Counted from the first letter of the stretch, positions 19,100-28,818 are shown. The stretch is DNA of 32,000 nt from Kiritimatiella glycovorans (GCF_001017655.1 NZ_CP010904.1:1020001-1052000), one strand, 5' to 3'. Made by a program: numbers and translations. Notes: generated by a model not told the origin, from the sequence alone.

Positions 19100-21284
19100 G
19101 CGGCGCGGCGGATCGGACGGGGACGGCGCGATCAGCGGGCAGGTGGAACTCGTCACCTATCGTAACGAGGACAACGGGTTCAGCGTCCTCAAGGTCAAAG
19201 TCCGCGGCCACAGAGACCTCGTCGCCGTCGTCGGCACCGCCTCCGCCGTGAATCCGGGCGAATGGCTCTCCGCCGAGGGCGAGTGGGTGCGCGATCCTAA
19301 GTTCGGGCGCCAGTTCAAGGCCCGGGAGATCCGCACCGCCGCCCCGGACACGCTCGAGGGTATCGAACGCTACCTCGGTTCCGGTCTCATCAAGGGGATC
19401 GGACCCGAGTACGCGAGCCGGCTGGTGAAGGTCTTCGGACGCGACGTGTTCGATGTGATCGAAAACGCCTCGGCGCGCCTCGAACGGGTCGAAGGCATCG
19501 GGACCGTCCGGCGCAAACGGATCAAAGACGCCTGGGAGGAGCAGAAGGTCGTGCGTGAGATCATGACCTTCCTCTTCAGTCACGGGGTGGGGACCAGCCG
19601 GGCCTACCGGATCTATAAAACTTACGGCGACCGGGCCATCGAGACCCTGCAGCGCGATCCCTACTGCCTCGCGCGCGATATCCGCGGGATCGGGTTCCGG
19701 ACCGCGGATCTGATCGGCGAGCGGCTGGGCGTGAAAAAGGACTCGATGCTCCGCGCGCGCGCCGGTGTGGAATACGTGCTCTCCGAATGGACGGGGCAGG
19801 GGCACTGCGCCTGTCCCGTCGAGCAGCTCGTCGCCGACGCCGAACGCATTCTGGAAATCGACGACGACCGCATCCGGCGGGCGATCGACGAAGGCATCTC
19901 GAACGAGCGCCTGATGCGCGAACCGGGCCCGCTGGATTCCGACCTTATCTTTCTGCCGCCGCTCTACCATGCCGAGCGCCATATCGCGCGCCGGTTCCGT
20001 GCGTTGATGTCCACCGGCCATCCCATGCCCCCGATCGACGTGGCAAAGGCGATTGAATGGGTCGAGAAGAAACTCAAGCTGACGCTCTCGGATTCGCAGC
20101 GGGAGGCACTCGGAATCACGGCTTCGTCGGCCGTTTCCGTGCTCACCGGCGGGCCGGGCGTGGGGAAGACGACCCTCGTGCGCGCGCTGGTGAGAATTTT
20201 CACGGCCAAACGCCTGCGGGTGGTGCTCTGCGCCCCGACCGGGCGGGCGGCGAAGCGGCTGTCGGAGTCGGGCGGCCTGGAGGCGCGCACGCTGCACCGG
20301 CTGATGGAGTTCGATCCCGGAAGCGGCCGGTTCAGGCACGGCCGGGATGCGCCGCTGGAGGGCGATGTCTTTATTGTGGACGAGAGCAGCATGCTCGACG
20401 CAGTACTCGCCGCGCAGTTCACCGACGCACTGCCGGACCGGGCGGCGGTGATCTGGGTCGGCGACAAAGACCAGCTGCCCTCGGTAGGGCCGGGGAGCTT
20501 TCTGCGAGACGTGATCCGCTCGAACGTGATCCCGGTCGCCGGCCTGACCACGGTGTTCCGCCAGGCCGCGCAGAGCGGGATCGTGACAAACGCGCACCGG
20601 ATCAACGAAGGCGCGGCGCCCGACTTCCCCGGGGATTCCGGCGACGGCGACTGCTTCTTTATTCAGGCCGAGGAACCGGAGAAGGGCGCGGACCTCATCC
20701 GGAAGCTGGTACGCGAATCCGTCCCGCGCCGTTTCCGGCTCGACCCCGTCCGGGATATCCAGGTGCTCGCCCCGATGATGCGCGGCGAGCTGGGCGTGCG
20801 CCATCTCAACGACGTGCTTCAGTCCGCCCTGAACCCGAAGGGCGAGGAAGTGGAACGCTTCGGCACGGTCTTTCGCGTCGGCGATCGGGTGATGCAGACG
20901 GAAAACGACTACGATAAAAACGTGTTCAACGGCGATATCGGCTGGATCCGGAGCATCGATGCGGAGGAGCGGGAACTGACGGTCGAATTTGATGGCCGCC
21001 GGGTGAAGTACGAATGGCAGGAGCTGGACGAGCTGCAGCTCTCTTATGCGGTAACCATTCACAAGAGCCAGGGCAGCGAGTACCCCTGCGTGATCATCCC
21101 GGTCCACACGCAGCATTACGTGATGCTGCAGCGCAATCTCATCTATACGGCCCTCACGCGCGCCAGAACGCTGGCGATCTTTGTAGGCACCCGCAAGGCC
21201 CTGGGGATCGCGGTCAAACGCGCTGAAGCCCGCGAACGCATCACCATGCTCCGGCAACGGCTGCAGGATGAACTCAGGCCATAG
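19083..21284 (+). CDS. recD2: RecD2-type SF1B ATP-dependent DNA helicase
   Basis: N-terminal OB/HhH region (FSVLKVKV..., GIGPEYASRLV), Walker A LTGGPGVGKTT, Walker B FIVDESSMLD, and AVTIHKSQGSEYP near the C-terminus. The ATG at 19083 overlaps the end of the zinc-ribbon gene by 17 nt; the track start at 18981 is rejected. Confidence 0.9.
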   Translation: MKKNTERRGGSDGDGAISGQVELVTYRNEDNGFSVLKVKVRGHRDLVAVVGTASAVNPGEWLSAEGEWVRDPKFGRQFKAREIRTAAPDTLEGIERYLGSGLIKGIGPEYASRLVKVFGRDVFDVIENASARLERVEGIGTVRRKRIKDAWEEQKVVREIMTFLFSHGVGTSRAYRIYKTYGDRAIETLQRDPYCLARDIRGIGFRTADLIGERLGVKKDSMLRARAGVEYVLSEWTGQGHCACPVEQLVADAERILEIDDDRIRRAIDEGISNERLMREPGPLDSDLIFLPPLYHAERHIARRFRALMSTGHPMPPIDVAKAIEWVEKKLKLTLSDSQREALGITASSAVSVLTGGPGVGKTTLVRALVRIFTAKRLRVVLCAPTGRAAKRLSESGGLEARTLHRLMEFDPGSGRFRHGRDAPLEGDVFIVDESSMLDAVLAAQFTDALPDRAAVIWVGDKDQLPSVGPGSFLRDVIRSNVIPVAGLTTVFRQAAQSGIVTNAHRINEGAAPDFPGDSGDGDCFFIQAEEPEKGADLIRKLVRESVPRRFRLDPVRDIQVLAPMMRGELGVRHLNDVLQSALNPKGEEVERFGTVFRVGDRVMQTENDYDKNVFNGDIGWIRSIDAEERELTVEFDGRRVKYEWQELDELQLSYAVTIHKSQGSEYPCVIIPVHTQHYVMLQRNLIYTALTRARTLAIFVGTRKALGIAVKRAEARERITMLRQRLQDELRP

Positions 21285-22110
21285 GCGCCCGGTTTTTCTT
21301 GCGGTATTGCAGGGGCGTGACCTCAAATCGCTTTCGAAAGCAGCGATGGAACCATCCCTGGTTCTCGAAGCCGCATTCCAGCGCGATATCCAGTACGCTT
21401 TTGGACGTGATGCAGAGCAGCCGCGCCGCGTGTTCGATCCGAAGATCGTTGATGAATTCGGTCGGGGTCTTGCCCGTATACTTCTTCAACTCGCGCGACG
21501 TGTGTTCAGGCGAGCGCCCGGTGTAGCTCAGGAACTCGGGCAATCCACGCGAAAGCACTTCCGCCCGTCCCATGCGGAAGACCGCGCAACGCAGCCAGTC
21601 GGGGGCGTCCTCCAGGGGGAGTTTCATCGTGGGCCGCTGCGCCAGTTCGAAGAGATTCATCAGTCCGCGATCGAGCTCGAACCGGTCGCGCGGCGCGGCG
21701 GCCAGATCCTGGAAAATCTGATCCGCGCGTTCACAACTCGCCTCGTCCAGGTTCGTCGACCAGGGCATCTTATCCGTCCGCCCGAAAAAACGCGGCATGT
21801 CGGGTGCATAGCGTTCCTCGATCGCCAGCGCCGCCTCGACCGGGAAGGTGAAATTGGTCAGGGTCGATGAATGGCCCGCGCCCGATACGGAATGCACGTC
21901 GTGGGGCCGGCTGAAAAAGATGTCCCCCGCCTTCAGCCGCAACATCTTTCCGTTGACCGTCATCTGCCCCTCGCCGGATTCGACCCAGGTGATCTCGGCG
22001 AAGTCGTGGGTGTGCATCACAAACCGCGTTCCGGGGTAGTATTCCATGCGCGCGAGGTAGAAGCTGTGTCCCGGAAGCGCGATATTCTTGAACTTAAGTT
22101 TTTTCACCAT
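21274..22110 (-). CDS. AraC-family transcriptional regulator (N-terminal cupin, C-terminal HTH)
   Basis: Cupin-like N-terminus (FVMHTHDFAEITWVESGEG...GDIFFSRPHDVH) and an AraC HTH (PTEFINDLRIEHAARLL...ALECGFENQGWFHRCFRKRFEVTPLQYR). Confidence 0.88.
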   Translation of the reverse strand: MVKKLKFKNIALPGHSFYLARMEYYPGTRFVMHTHDFAEITWVESGEGQMTVNGKMLRLKAGDIFFSRPHDVHSVSGAGHSSTLTNFTFPVEAALAIEERYAPDMPRFFGRTDKMPWSTNLDEASCERADQIFQDLAAAPRDRFELDRGLMNLFELAQRPTMKLPLEDAPDWLRCAVFRMGRAEVLSRGLPEFLSYTGRSPEHTSRELKKYTGKTPTEFINDLRIEHAARLLCITSKSVLDIALECGFENQGWFHRCFRKRFEVTPLQYRKKNRAPMA

Positions 22111-22254
22111 ATCACTTCACCGTATTTATATATCACGCGAGTGTAGGACTTAATCGTTAATGAGTACTAATAAAAAAGATCATATTTCAGGCCTTCTCTG
22201 CGTTCTGTAGATCTCGGGGCAGACGGGGGGGGGCAAACTCATGGACGGGAGAAG
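22111..22254. promoter_or_regulatory. AT-rich divergent promoter region between the AraC regulator and the glycan cluster, containing a G9 tract
   Basis: The locally AT-rich stretch (tatttatatatcacg...taatgagtactaataaaaaagatcatattt) is unusual for this genome. The G9 run is at 22225-22233, and GGGAGAAG precedes the ATG at 22255. No promoter boxes could be assigned with confidence. Confidence 0.4.
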
Positions 22255-23367
22255 ATGGGAATGACTTCGAGGGAGCGTTTGATCGCGGCGTTGCGCAATG
22301 AAATTCCGGACCATGTGCCGGCGGCGCCGGATATGTGGGAGATGATCCCGATGCGCCTGATGAACGGCCGCCCGTCCTGGGAGATGCTGCTCTTCAACGA
22401 TCCTCCGGTCTGGAAGGGCCGGGCGGATGCGGCGACCCACTTTGGCGTCGACGGGTTTTTCGGGCTCCACATCCCCGCTGAGACGAATACGCGCGAGGTG
22501 ATCGTCCACCAGGAAGAGCAGAAGATGATCACCCGATTTCTCACGGAAACGGACGACGGACGCGCGTGGAGCCCGACCGCCACCGTCTATCACCGCAACG
22601 AGCCTTCCGCCCATCTCGTCGAACTCTCGATCCTGGGTATTCCGGAGGAACCGGAGTCATGGACGGAGGTGCGCCGTAATTACGAAAAGTTCGATCGCGA
22701 GTATTTCGAAGACGCGCGCGAGTACGTCGGAGAAACGGGACTGGTCGCGCCAATGGTGTGTCTTCCGTGTCTCTCCTCGCGTCAGGACGAAATCTATCGC
22801 TATTACGATGACCCGGCCGCGGTGCGCGAGGAGAAGCGTCGGGAGGGGGAGGCGATGCTCGAACGCGCCCGGGAACTGCTCTCCTGGGAGCCCGATGCGC
22901 TGATGCTGGGGAACAGCGGAATGATGCTCTTCAACCCGGAACCCGTCTTTCGGGACCTCGTCCTCGAATGGATGAAGAAGGTAACGGCGATGGCGAAGGA
23001 GAAGAACATTCCCACGCACATTCACTGCTGCGGAAAGGAACTCGATCTCGTACGGATCGGCGCCGAAGAGACCGATCTGGATTCGATCGAACCGCTCGAA
23101 ATTCCGCCGATGGGCGACTGCGTGCTGAAGGAAGTCAAGGAACGGTACGGCGACCGGCTGGCGCTCAAGGGGAATCTTCACACGACGGAAATCATGCTGC
23201 GCGCGACGCGCGAACAGGTCGCCGACGCCTGTAAACAGGCGATCGATGATGCCGCGGAAGGCGGCGGATTCATCCTCTCCACCGGCGATCAGACCCCGCG
23301 CGATGCCCCGGACGAGAACATCCGCGTCATGCAGGAGGTCGCGGAGACGTACGGGAAATACGAATAG
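22255..23367 (+). CDS. Uroporphyrinogen-decarboxylase (URO-D/MtaA-like) family protein
   Basis: 370 aa. The N-terminus RERLIAALRNEIPDHVP, the mid motif IHCCG, and the C-terminus AAEGGGFILSTGDQTPRDAPDENI are typical of the URO-D/methylcobamide-methyltransferase TIM-barrel family. The biochemical role is unknown. Confidence 0.7.
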   Translation: MGMTSRERLIAALRNEIPDHVPAAPDMWEMIPMRLMNGRPSWEMLLFNDPPVWKGRADAATHFGVDGFFGLHIPAETNTREVIVHQEEQKMITRFLTETDDGRAWSPTATVYHRNEPSAHLVELSILGIPEEPESWTEVRRNYEKFDREYFEDAREYVGETGLVAPMVCLPCLSSRQDEIYRYYDDPAAVREEKRREGEAMLERARELLSWEPDALMLGNSGMMLFNPEPVFRDLVLEWMKKVTAMAKEKNIPTHIHCCGKELDLVRIGAEETDLDSIEPLEIPPMGDCVLKEVKERYGDRLALKGNLHTTEIMLRATREQVADACKQAIDDAAEGGGFILSTGDQTPRDAPDENIRVMQEVAETYGKYE

Positions 23368-23410
23368 AGGGCATGGGGTCATGGCAGGAAAATATGGAAA
23401 AGAGCGTGTA

Positions 23411-24841
23411 ATGCGGTTTTTCGGTATTCCGGTTCTGGTGGTTTCGCTTGCGGCGGTGGTGGCGACGGCGGATGAGCCGTTCCCGTTGACCGCGGCGGAG
23501 CGCGAAGGTGCGGCGGTCGTCCCGGTGCCAACGGTCAGTCAGGGATCGGACCTCATGGGTGCGGGGGCGCTGATGCTCGAGAAACGCGAGGCGGATCGGC
23601 CGTTCTGGGAGACGACCGCGTTCGTGTCGTCCGGCCGCTGGCGGTCGGAGTGGAGAGAATCGACGCCGGAGTCGGTTACCCTCACCATGCTGGCTTACGG
23701 AACCCCGCAGGACATCCGTACCGGATGGACGCGGTTCGACGGCAATCCGCTCGTCTGCGCCACCGACGACCCTCACGCGACGGCCCGTTCACTGCTCCTC
23801 CCGCCCGGCGGGGTCGATAACGGGGCGAACGATCCGGCCCTGGAACGCGGAACCGGCCCGTACCGGGACCAGTGGATGCTCTTCTACTGCCTCGGCCCGT
23901 GGGCGTACTACGGGATCGGGTTCTCCGTGGCCGATTCGCTCGAACCGCTCAAGGCCGGCGTCAATCCGTTCCGCCTCGTCGAGGGCTCCCATCCGTACGT
24001 GGATCCGAAACACCGGGATACGCCTTTCGCCAAGGCCTGTTCACCGAATGACTGGCTGTTCGTCGACGGCCGCTGGATCATTCCCGTCGAAGGCCTGCGC
24101 CGTAATGCGGAATTTGAGTTCGTCAATATGATCTGGACCGCCACCGGGGATATGACGCTGACCAAACATGAGGCGATCGAGACCAACGGCCACGATCCGG
24201 GCATCTGTACCGACGGGACGCGCTTCTATCTGTTCAACGAGGACGATCATTCAATCGCCTGCTGTTCGGCCGACGACCCGACCGGGCCATGGAAGGACGA
24301 GGGGGTGGTGCTCGATGTGGGCGGACACACCGGGGACGCGGATGTGCTTTTCTTCAATAACCGCTGGCACATGGTCTTCGACGACGGTCCGCATCGCCGG
24401 TACCTGATCGGCTACGCCTGGACGACGCCGGAGGAGTTCCCGCGCGGATGGCGCCTGGAAAACAAGGTCTTCGGTCCGGAGGATCCCTGGGAACAGCCCA
24501 CGGAGGCCGGAAATAAGTTCGGGACCGGCGACGGCGATCTGGCGGTCGACGGCGATACGCTCTACATGGTCTACGAACGCCCGATCGGGATCGCCTGGAA
24601 GGAACTGGAGGTCTACCGCGATGAAGCGGTCACGGCCGTGATGACGGTCGAATACGACCGCGACGGAGACGGTCGCGCCGAGGCGTCGCAGACGGTCGAA
24701 CTCTGGCCCGGAAAAGACCTTGCCTATCGGCTCAATCCGCCGCCCGAGGGTCGTTGCCGGTTCACGTTCGCCCTCACGACGGAGGATCCCTCGGTCTCGC
24801 CGCTGATCAAAGATCTCGTTATGGGAGAGGATACCCGCTGA
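23411..24841 (+). CDS. Secreted hypothetical protein, possibly a GH43/GH32-like beta-propeller
   Basis: Signal peptide MRFFGIPVLVVSLAAVVATA (an alternative ATG at 23381 lies upstream). Recurrent blade-like patterns (DGRWIIPVEG; DGTRFYLFNEDD; DADVLFFNNRWHMVFDD; VDGDTLYMVYE). The family call is by eye only. Confidence 0.45.
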   Translation: MRFFGIPVLVVSLAAVVATADEPFPLTAAEREGAAVVPVPTVSQGSDLMGAGALMLEKREADRPFWETTAFVSSGRWRSEWRESTPESVTLTMLAYGTPQDIRTGWTRFDGNPLVCATDDPHATARSLLLPPGGVDNGANDPALERGTGPYRDQWMLFYCLGPWAYYGIGFSVADSLEPLKAGVNPFRLVEGSHPYVDPKHRDTPFAKACSPNDWLFVDGRWIIPVEGLRRNAEFEFVNMIWTATGDMTLTKHEAIETNGHDPGICTDGTRFYLFNEDDHSIACCSADDPTGPWKDEGVVLDVGGHTGDADVLFFNNRWHMVFDDGPHRRYLIGYAWTTPEEFPRGWRLENKVFGPEDPWEQPTEAGNKFGTGDGDLAVDGDTLYMVYERPIGIAWKELEVYRDEAVTAVMTVEYDRDGDGRAEASQTVELWPGKDLAYRLNPPPEGRCRFTFALTTEDPSVSPLIKDLVMGEDTR

Positions 24842-24842
24842 C

Positions 24843-25931
24843 ATGGTAGACCTTCGCGCGCAGGCCGAGAAGTACGTCTCCTGGTGGAACCGGGAGAACG
24901 CGTCCCCGCTGGTCAACAGCTATTATCCCAAAGATCTTCCGTTCGGCGGATTGGACGTCGACGTGCCGGTCGACGAACTCGCCGCACGCGCACTCGCCAA
25001 CGCCGAGGCACTCCATCACGCGCCGGTCCCTCAGGATTCGCTGATCACGGCACGCGTGAATTTCGGCACGGTCCTCTATCCCGCCGTCGCCGGCGCGGAG
25101 GCGAAGTTTGAGGCGAATACGTCCTGGGCCGTTCATACCGCGGATTCCATCGATGAGGTGAAGATCCTTCCCTTCGATCCCGGTCACTCCATCTACCGCG
25201 CGTATCTGATGCGCCTCGAGGTGCTCCTCGAGCAGTGGAGCTGGGACACCTACCTGCCCGTTCCGTCCGATTACGCCGGGCCGTTCGATATCCTCTCCGC
25301 CTTCATGGGACCGGAAAACCTGATGGTCGAGATGATGAGCGAGCCGGACGCCGTGCGGGCCGCCGCGGACGCCGCCGCGCAATTCACGATCGACGTCATC
25401 CGTTTCGAAAAAGAGCTGTTTCGCTCGGCCGGGTTCCGGGAGTGGTCGCCGACGCTCTTCGGTTCCTGGCAGCCGGGGTGGGCGGGGTTGTTCGTCGAGG
25501 ATTTCAGCGCGCTGGTCGGTCCGCATCACTACCGTGACCTCATGCTCGAGCCGCACCGCCGCATCCTTGAGGAATTCGATACCGCGCTCTTCCACACGCA
25601 CTCCGCGGGCTGTAAGAACAACCTCGAAATGCTCGCCTTGCCGGAGAGCGTTGCGTTCGAATTCGGCAACGATCCCGGCGGGCCGGATACGGAACAGCGC
25701 CTCGAAACCGCCCGGGCGATCATGGGCGACGGGCGTCCGCTGATGCTGGGGAGCTGGTCGATCCCGCTTCCGGACGAGGACATGAACCGGATCGTCGATA
25801 CCCTTCCGGCGGAGGGGCTCGATCTCCATTTTCAGTGTACGTCCGCCGAACAGGCCGATGTGCTGTACCGTCAGATCAAGAGCGGAGAGAGAATTGTGGG
25901 CAAGGACGCACGTGTCGCGAAGAGCGAGTAA
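24843..25931 (+). CDS. Hypothetical protein (possibly a distant URO-D-like TIM barrel)
   Basis: 362-aa ORF with coding-like composition, tightly packed (1 nt after the upstream stop). The segment VEDFSALVGPHHYRDLMLEPHRRILEEF...FHTHSAG loosely resembles the URO-D family core; not verifiable here. Confidence 0.5.
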   Translation: MVDLRAQAEKYVSWWNRENASPLVNSYYPKDLPFGGLDVDVPVDELAARALANAEALHHAPVPQDSLITARVNFGTVLYPAVAGAEAKFEANTSWAVHTADSIDEVKILPFDPGHSIYRAYLMRLEVLLEQWSWDTYLPVPSDYAGPFDILSAFMGPENLMVEMMSEPDAVRAAADAAAQFTIDVIRFEKELFRSAGFREWSPTLFGSWQPGWAGLFVEDFSALVGPHHYRDLMLEPHRRILEEFDTALFHTHSAGCKNNLEMLALPESVAFEFGNDPGGPDTEQRLETARAIMGDGRPLMLGSWSIPLPDEDMNRIVDTLPAEGLDLHFQCTSAEQADVLYRQIKSGERIVGKDARVAKSE

Positions 25932-25945
25932 GGAGAGAGGATAGG

Positions 25946-27475
25946 ATGAGAACAGGAATGGTGATGGTGATGGTGCTGTTCGGTGGAATCCATATGGGCC
26001 GGGCCGAAGAAACGCGCGTCCCGGATTTCGATCCGCCGCCGCCGACGATGAAGCTCACCGCCGAGCCGTCCGAGGACTGGCCCGAGGTCGTCGCGCCCGA
26101 GGGACTCCCCGCACGCCCCTGGTTTCGTGATGAGCACGGGCGTCATTTCATCCCGAACGGGTTCGTGGTCAACACCGAGGATGTGACCGGCGATTACACC
26201 TACCCGGAATCCTCGTATGCGCGGACCCGTGCGTACGGGTTCAATGTTCAAGTCATCCGCCTCGGTCTTACCCGCCTCGGCGGGTTCCCCGGTTCCGAGC
26301 TGAAACAATCTTATCTCGACAAGATCGACCGCATGGTGCGGCTTGGGAAGGAGAACGGGCTCAAGACGATCTTCAAGCTCACGCTCTACGACCTGACCGG
26401 CGAGGTCTACACGGATCTCACGGAAGATCATTGGGCGGCCCTCTTTTTGAATCGCGACGGATTGCAGGACCGATATGTCGACGCATGGGCGATGATGTTT
26501 GAGCGCTACGCGGATGAGCCCGCCGTGTGGGGGTATGACCTGCTCAACGAGCCGCTCGCGGCCACCGGGGGGGCGCGGAAGAACATCTGGGAGGTCTATG
26601 AGGATTTCAAAGATAACGAACACTTTCAGACCGAGTACTTCTGGCCGCTCTACGAACGCGTGATCGATCGCCTTCATTCGATCAGTCCGGAGAAGTGGGC
26701 GCTGGTCCAGTCCTGGCATTATACCGTGGCCAATCACCGCAAGACGGGCCTGCCGTCCGGGTATCCCCTGACGAATCTCGACCGCGAACGCGTCGTTTAT
26801 GCGCCGCACTACTACGGGGCCAAGCCGAACTACGCGCTGCAGACCTACCTGAACCACGCGGGCGAACTCGGCCTTCCGGTCATCATCGGAGAATACGGGC
26901 CGCCGACCTTCCCAAACACGGACGAGGATCTCGAGACGCAGCTCGTGTACGAACTGAATTTCATGCGGACGGTCAATCTCTTCGACCGCTTCGGGATCGG
27001 GATGCTCAAGGCGTGGTGGAGCGGGAGCCGCGATCTCGAAAACGGGGTCTTCAACCGTACCTGGGCGATGTTCCACGGCCCCAGCCACGCGCTCGGACCG
27101 GAACGGAAATACGTGGTCGACGTCATGTGCCGCCCGCGGCCGATCTATATCGCCGGGGTGGCGCACACCTGGCACTACGACTTCGCCACGCGCGAATTCA
27201 CCCTGGACTTCACGCCGGGCCCGGCCTCCGCGCCGTCGGAGATCTACCTGCCGCTCGATCGCCATTACGAGGACGGCCTGCGGATCTTCTACCACGACCT
27301 CGTCATGAAGCTCGACCCGGGAGGGAAGGGCGGCCTCTCCGTGCTCGAGAATCCCGCGAAAATGAAAACCCGGGCGTTCTCGTGGGATAAGGCCACCCAG
27401 CGGCTCTACGTGAAAACGTGGCCCGGCGTGAAGGAACGAACCTCACTTAAGGTGCTCCCGGGCGTTCAGGATTAA
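25946..27475 (+). CDS. Glycoside hydrolase family 5 (secreted)
   Basis: Signal-like N-terminus MRTGMVMVMVLFGGIHMGRA. Acid/base motif GYDLLNEP and nucleophile motif VIIGEYG at GH5-typical spacing. The track start at 25835 is rejected. Confidence 0.8.
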   Translation: MRTGMVMVMVLFGGIHMGRAEETRVPDFDPPPPTMKLTAEPSEDWPEVVAPEGLPARPWFRDEHGRHFIPNGFVVNTEDVTGDYTYPESSYARTRAYGFNVQVIRLGLTRLGGFPGSELKQSYLDKIDRMVRLGKENGLKTIFKLTLYDLTGEVYTDLTEDHWAALFLNRDGLQDRYVDAWAMMFERYADEPAVWGYDLLNEPLAATGGARKNIWEVYEDFKDNEHFQTEYFWPLYERVIDRLHSISPEKWALVQSWHYTVANHRKTGLPSGYPLTNLDRERVVYAPHYYGAKPNYALQTYLNHAGELGLPVIIGEYGPPTFPNTDEDLETQLVYELNFMRTVNLFDRFGIGMLKAWWSGSRDLENGVFNRTWAMFHGPSHALGPERKYVVDVMCRPRPIYIAGVAHTWHYDFATREFTLDFTPGPASAPSEIYLPLDRHYEDGLRIFYHDLVMKLDPGGKGGLSVLENPAKMKTRAFSWDKATQRLYVKTWPGVKERTSLKVLPGVQD

Positions 27476-27490
27476 GGGCCTGCGGGCGCT

Positions 27491-27581
27491 GCAGCGGCGG
27501 ATCTATGAGCCGCAGGACGGTCGCTTCAGGGAAGACGCGAGTTCGTAATGTCGCGATGTAGCGGCGGCTCTGTGAGCCGCA
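27491..27581 (+). promoter_or_regulatory. Pair of 24-bp direct repeats (GCAGCGGCGGATCTATGAGCCGCA / GTAGCGGCGGCTCTGTGAGCCGCA), 67 bp apart, upstream of the 27604 gene
   Basis: Read directly at 27491-27514 and 27558-27581, 21/24 identical. Each contains a GCGGC...GCCGC inverted pair. Candidate regulator sites; function unknown. Confidence 0.35.
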
Positions 27582-27603
27582 TATGTAAAACGAGGGTTAA
27601 CCC

Positions 27604-28818
27604 ATGAACAACGATCTGAATATACTTCGCGATCTCGCGAAACAATACGCCGCCGTGGCCGCCGATCCGGTGATGGATGAACGGCGCGAGCTGTGGCGGG
27701 ATCTGCACGACTTCAAGGCGCCGCGCCCGCCGATCCATGTCCGGCAGTACGCCTTCTCCGAGCTGCCTCAGTCGGAGTGTCATGGTGAAGACCCGTTCCA
27801 TCGCGAGCTGGAATTCATGCTGCGTGACCTGCTCTATGCCGCGTCGATTGGCGACGACACGGTGTTCGAGCCCTACCTGTCGGTCCGCGCCGTGTTCGAC
27901 GACATGGACTGGGGGGTCCAGATCGACAAACAGCACACCGATGATATCGGCGGTTCGTTCAAGGTCGACTACGTGCTCAGAGAGCTGGAGGAATGGCGCG
28001 AGAAACTGCGCGCGCCGCATCATCGCATCGACGAGGCGGCGACGGCGGAGCGTTACGAGCGCGCCGGCGAGGCGATCGGCGACATCCTGACGATCGATCT
28101 CAACCGCGCGCCGTACTACATGCACTGGCACGGGGATATCTCGAGCGACCTGGGGCTGTTGCGCGGGATGGAGAACTTCATGATTGATATGCTGGAGGAT
28201 CCCGAGGAACTCCACGCCCTGCTGGCGTTCATGCGCGATGGGGTGCTGCGCGTGCAGCAGGAGGCGGAGGACGCCGGCGACTGGGGGGCCTCGGCCACGC
28301 TCAACCAGGCCTCCCCGTACGCGCGCGGGCTGGTGGATCCCGCGCCGAATCGGCGCGGCATGAAGCGCTCTGAGCTGTTCGGGTTCGTCGCCGCGCAGGA
28401 ATTCACCATGGTCTCGCCGGAGATGCAGGACGAGTTTCTGATTCAGTATCAGCTTCCGATCATGGAGCAGTTCGGCCTGACGGCCTACGGGTGCTGCGAA
28501 GACCTGACGCGCAAGATCGATATCCTGCGCAGGATTCCGAATCTGCGCCGAATCGCCGTCACGCCCTTCGCCGACGTCGCCCGCTGCGCGGAACAGATCG
28601 GTACCGACTACGTCATGAGTTACCGCCCCAGTCCCGCGGATATGGTCGCCTACGGATACAACGAAGAGCGCATCCGCAAAGTAATCACCCGCGATCTCGA
28701 GATCTGCCGCGGTCTTCACCTCGACATCACCCTCAAGGATGTCGAGACCGTCGAGAAGGATCCCGGCCGCGTGCGAAAGTGGGTGGCCTATACGAGGACA
28801 ATCATCGAGAAGATGTGA
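27604..28818 (+). CDS. Hypothetical protein (possibly a distant URO-D-like TIM barrel)
   Basis: 404-aa ORF. The segment AQEFTMVSPEMQDEFLIQYQLPIMEQFGLTAYGCCEDL...NLRRIAVTPFADV loosely resembles the URO-D/MtaA core (SP-x-x-F...P...CG); not verifiable here. Confidence 0.5.
   Translation: MNNDLNILRDLAKQYAAVAADPVMDERRELWRDLHDFKAPRPPIHVRQYAFSELPQSECHGEDPFHRELEFMLRDLLYAASIGDDTVFEPYLSVRAVFDDMDWGVQIDKQHTDDIGGSFKVDYVLRELEEWREKLRAPHHRIDEAATAERYERAGEAIGDILTIDLNRAPYYMHWHGDISSDLGLLRGMENFMIDMLEDPEELHALLAFMRDGVLRVQQEAEDAGDWGASATLNQASPYARGLVDPAPNRRGMKRSELFGFVAAQEFTMVSPEMQDEFLIQYQLPIMEQFGLTAYGCCEDLTRKIDILRRIPNLRRIAVTPFADVARCAEQIGTDYVMSYRPSPADMVAYGYNEERIRKVITRDLEICRGLHLDITLKDVETVEKDPGRVRKWVAYTRTIIEKM

Noticed and set aside
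18848-21284. Defence system reading of the zinc-ribbon plus SF1 helicase pair
   Set aside because: The helicase has full RecD2 housekeeping architecture with no nuclease, Sir2, TIR or other effector domain. The neighbours are core genes (topA, dprA), and there are no signs of an island.
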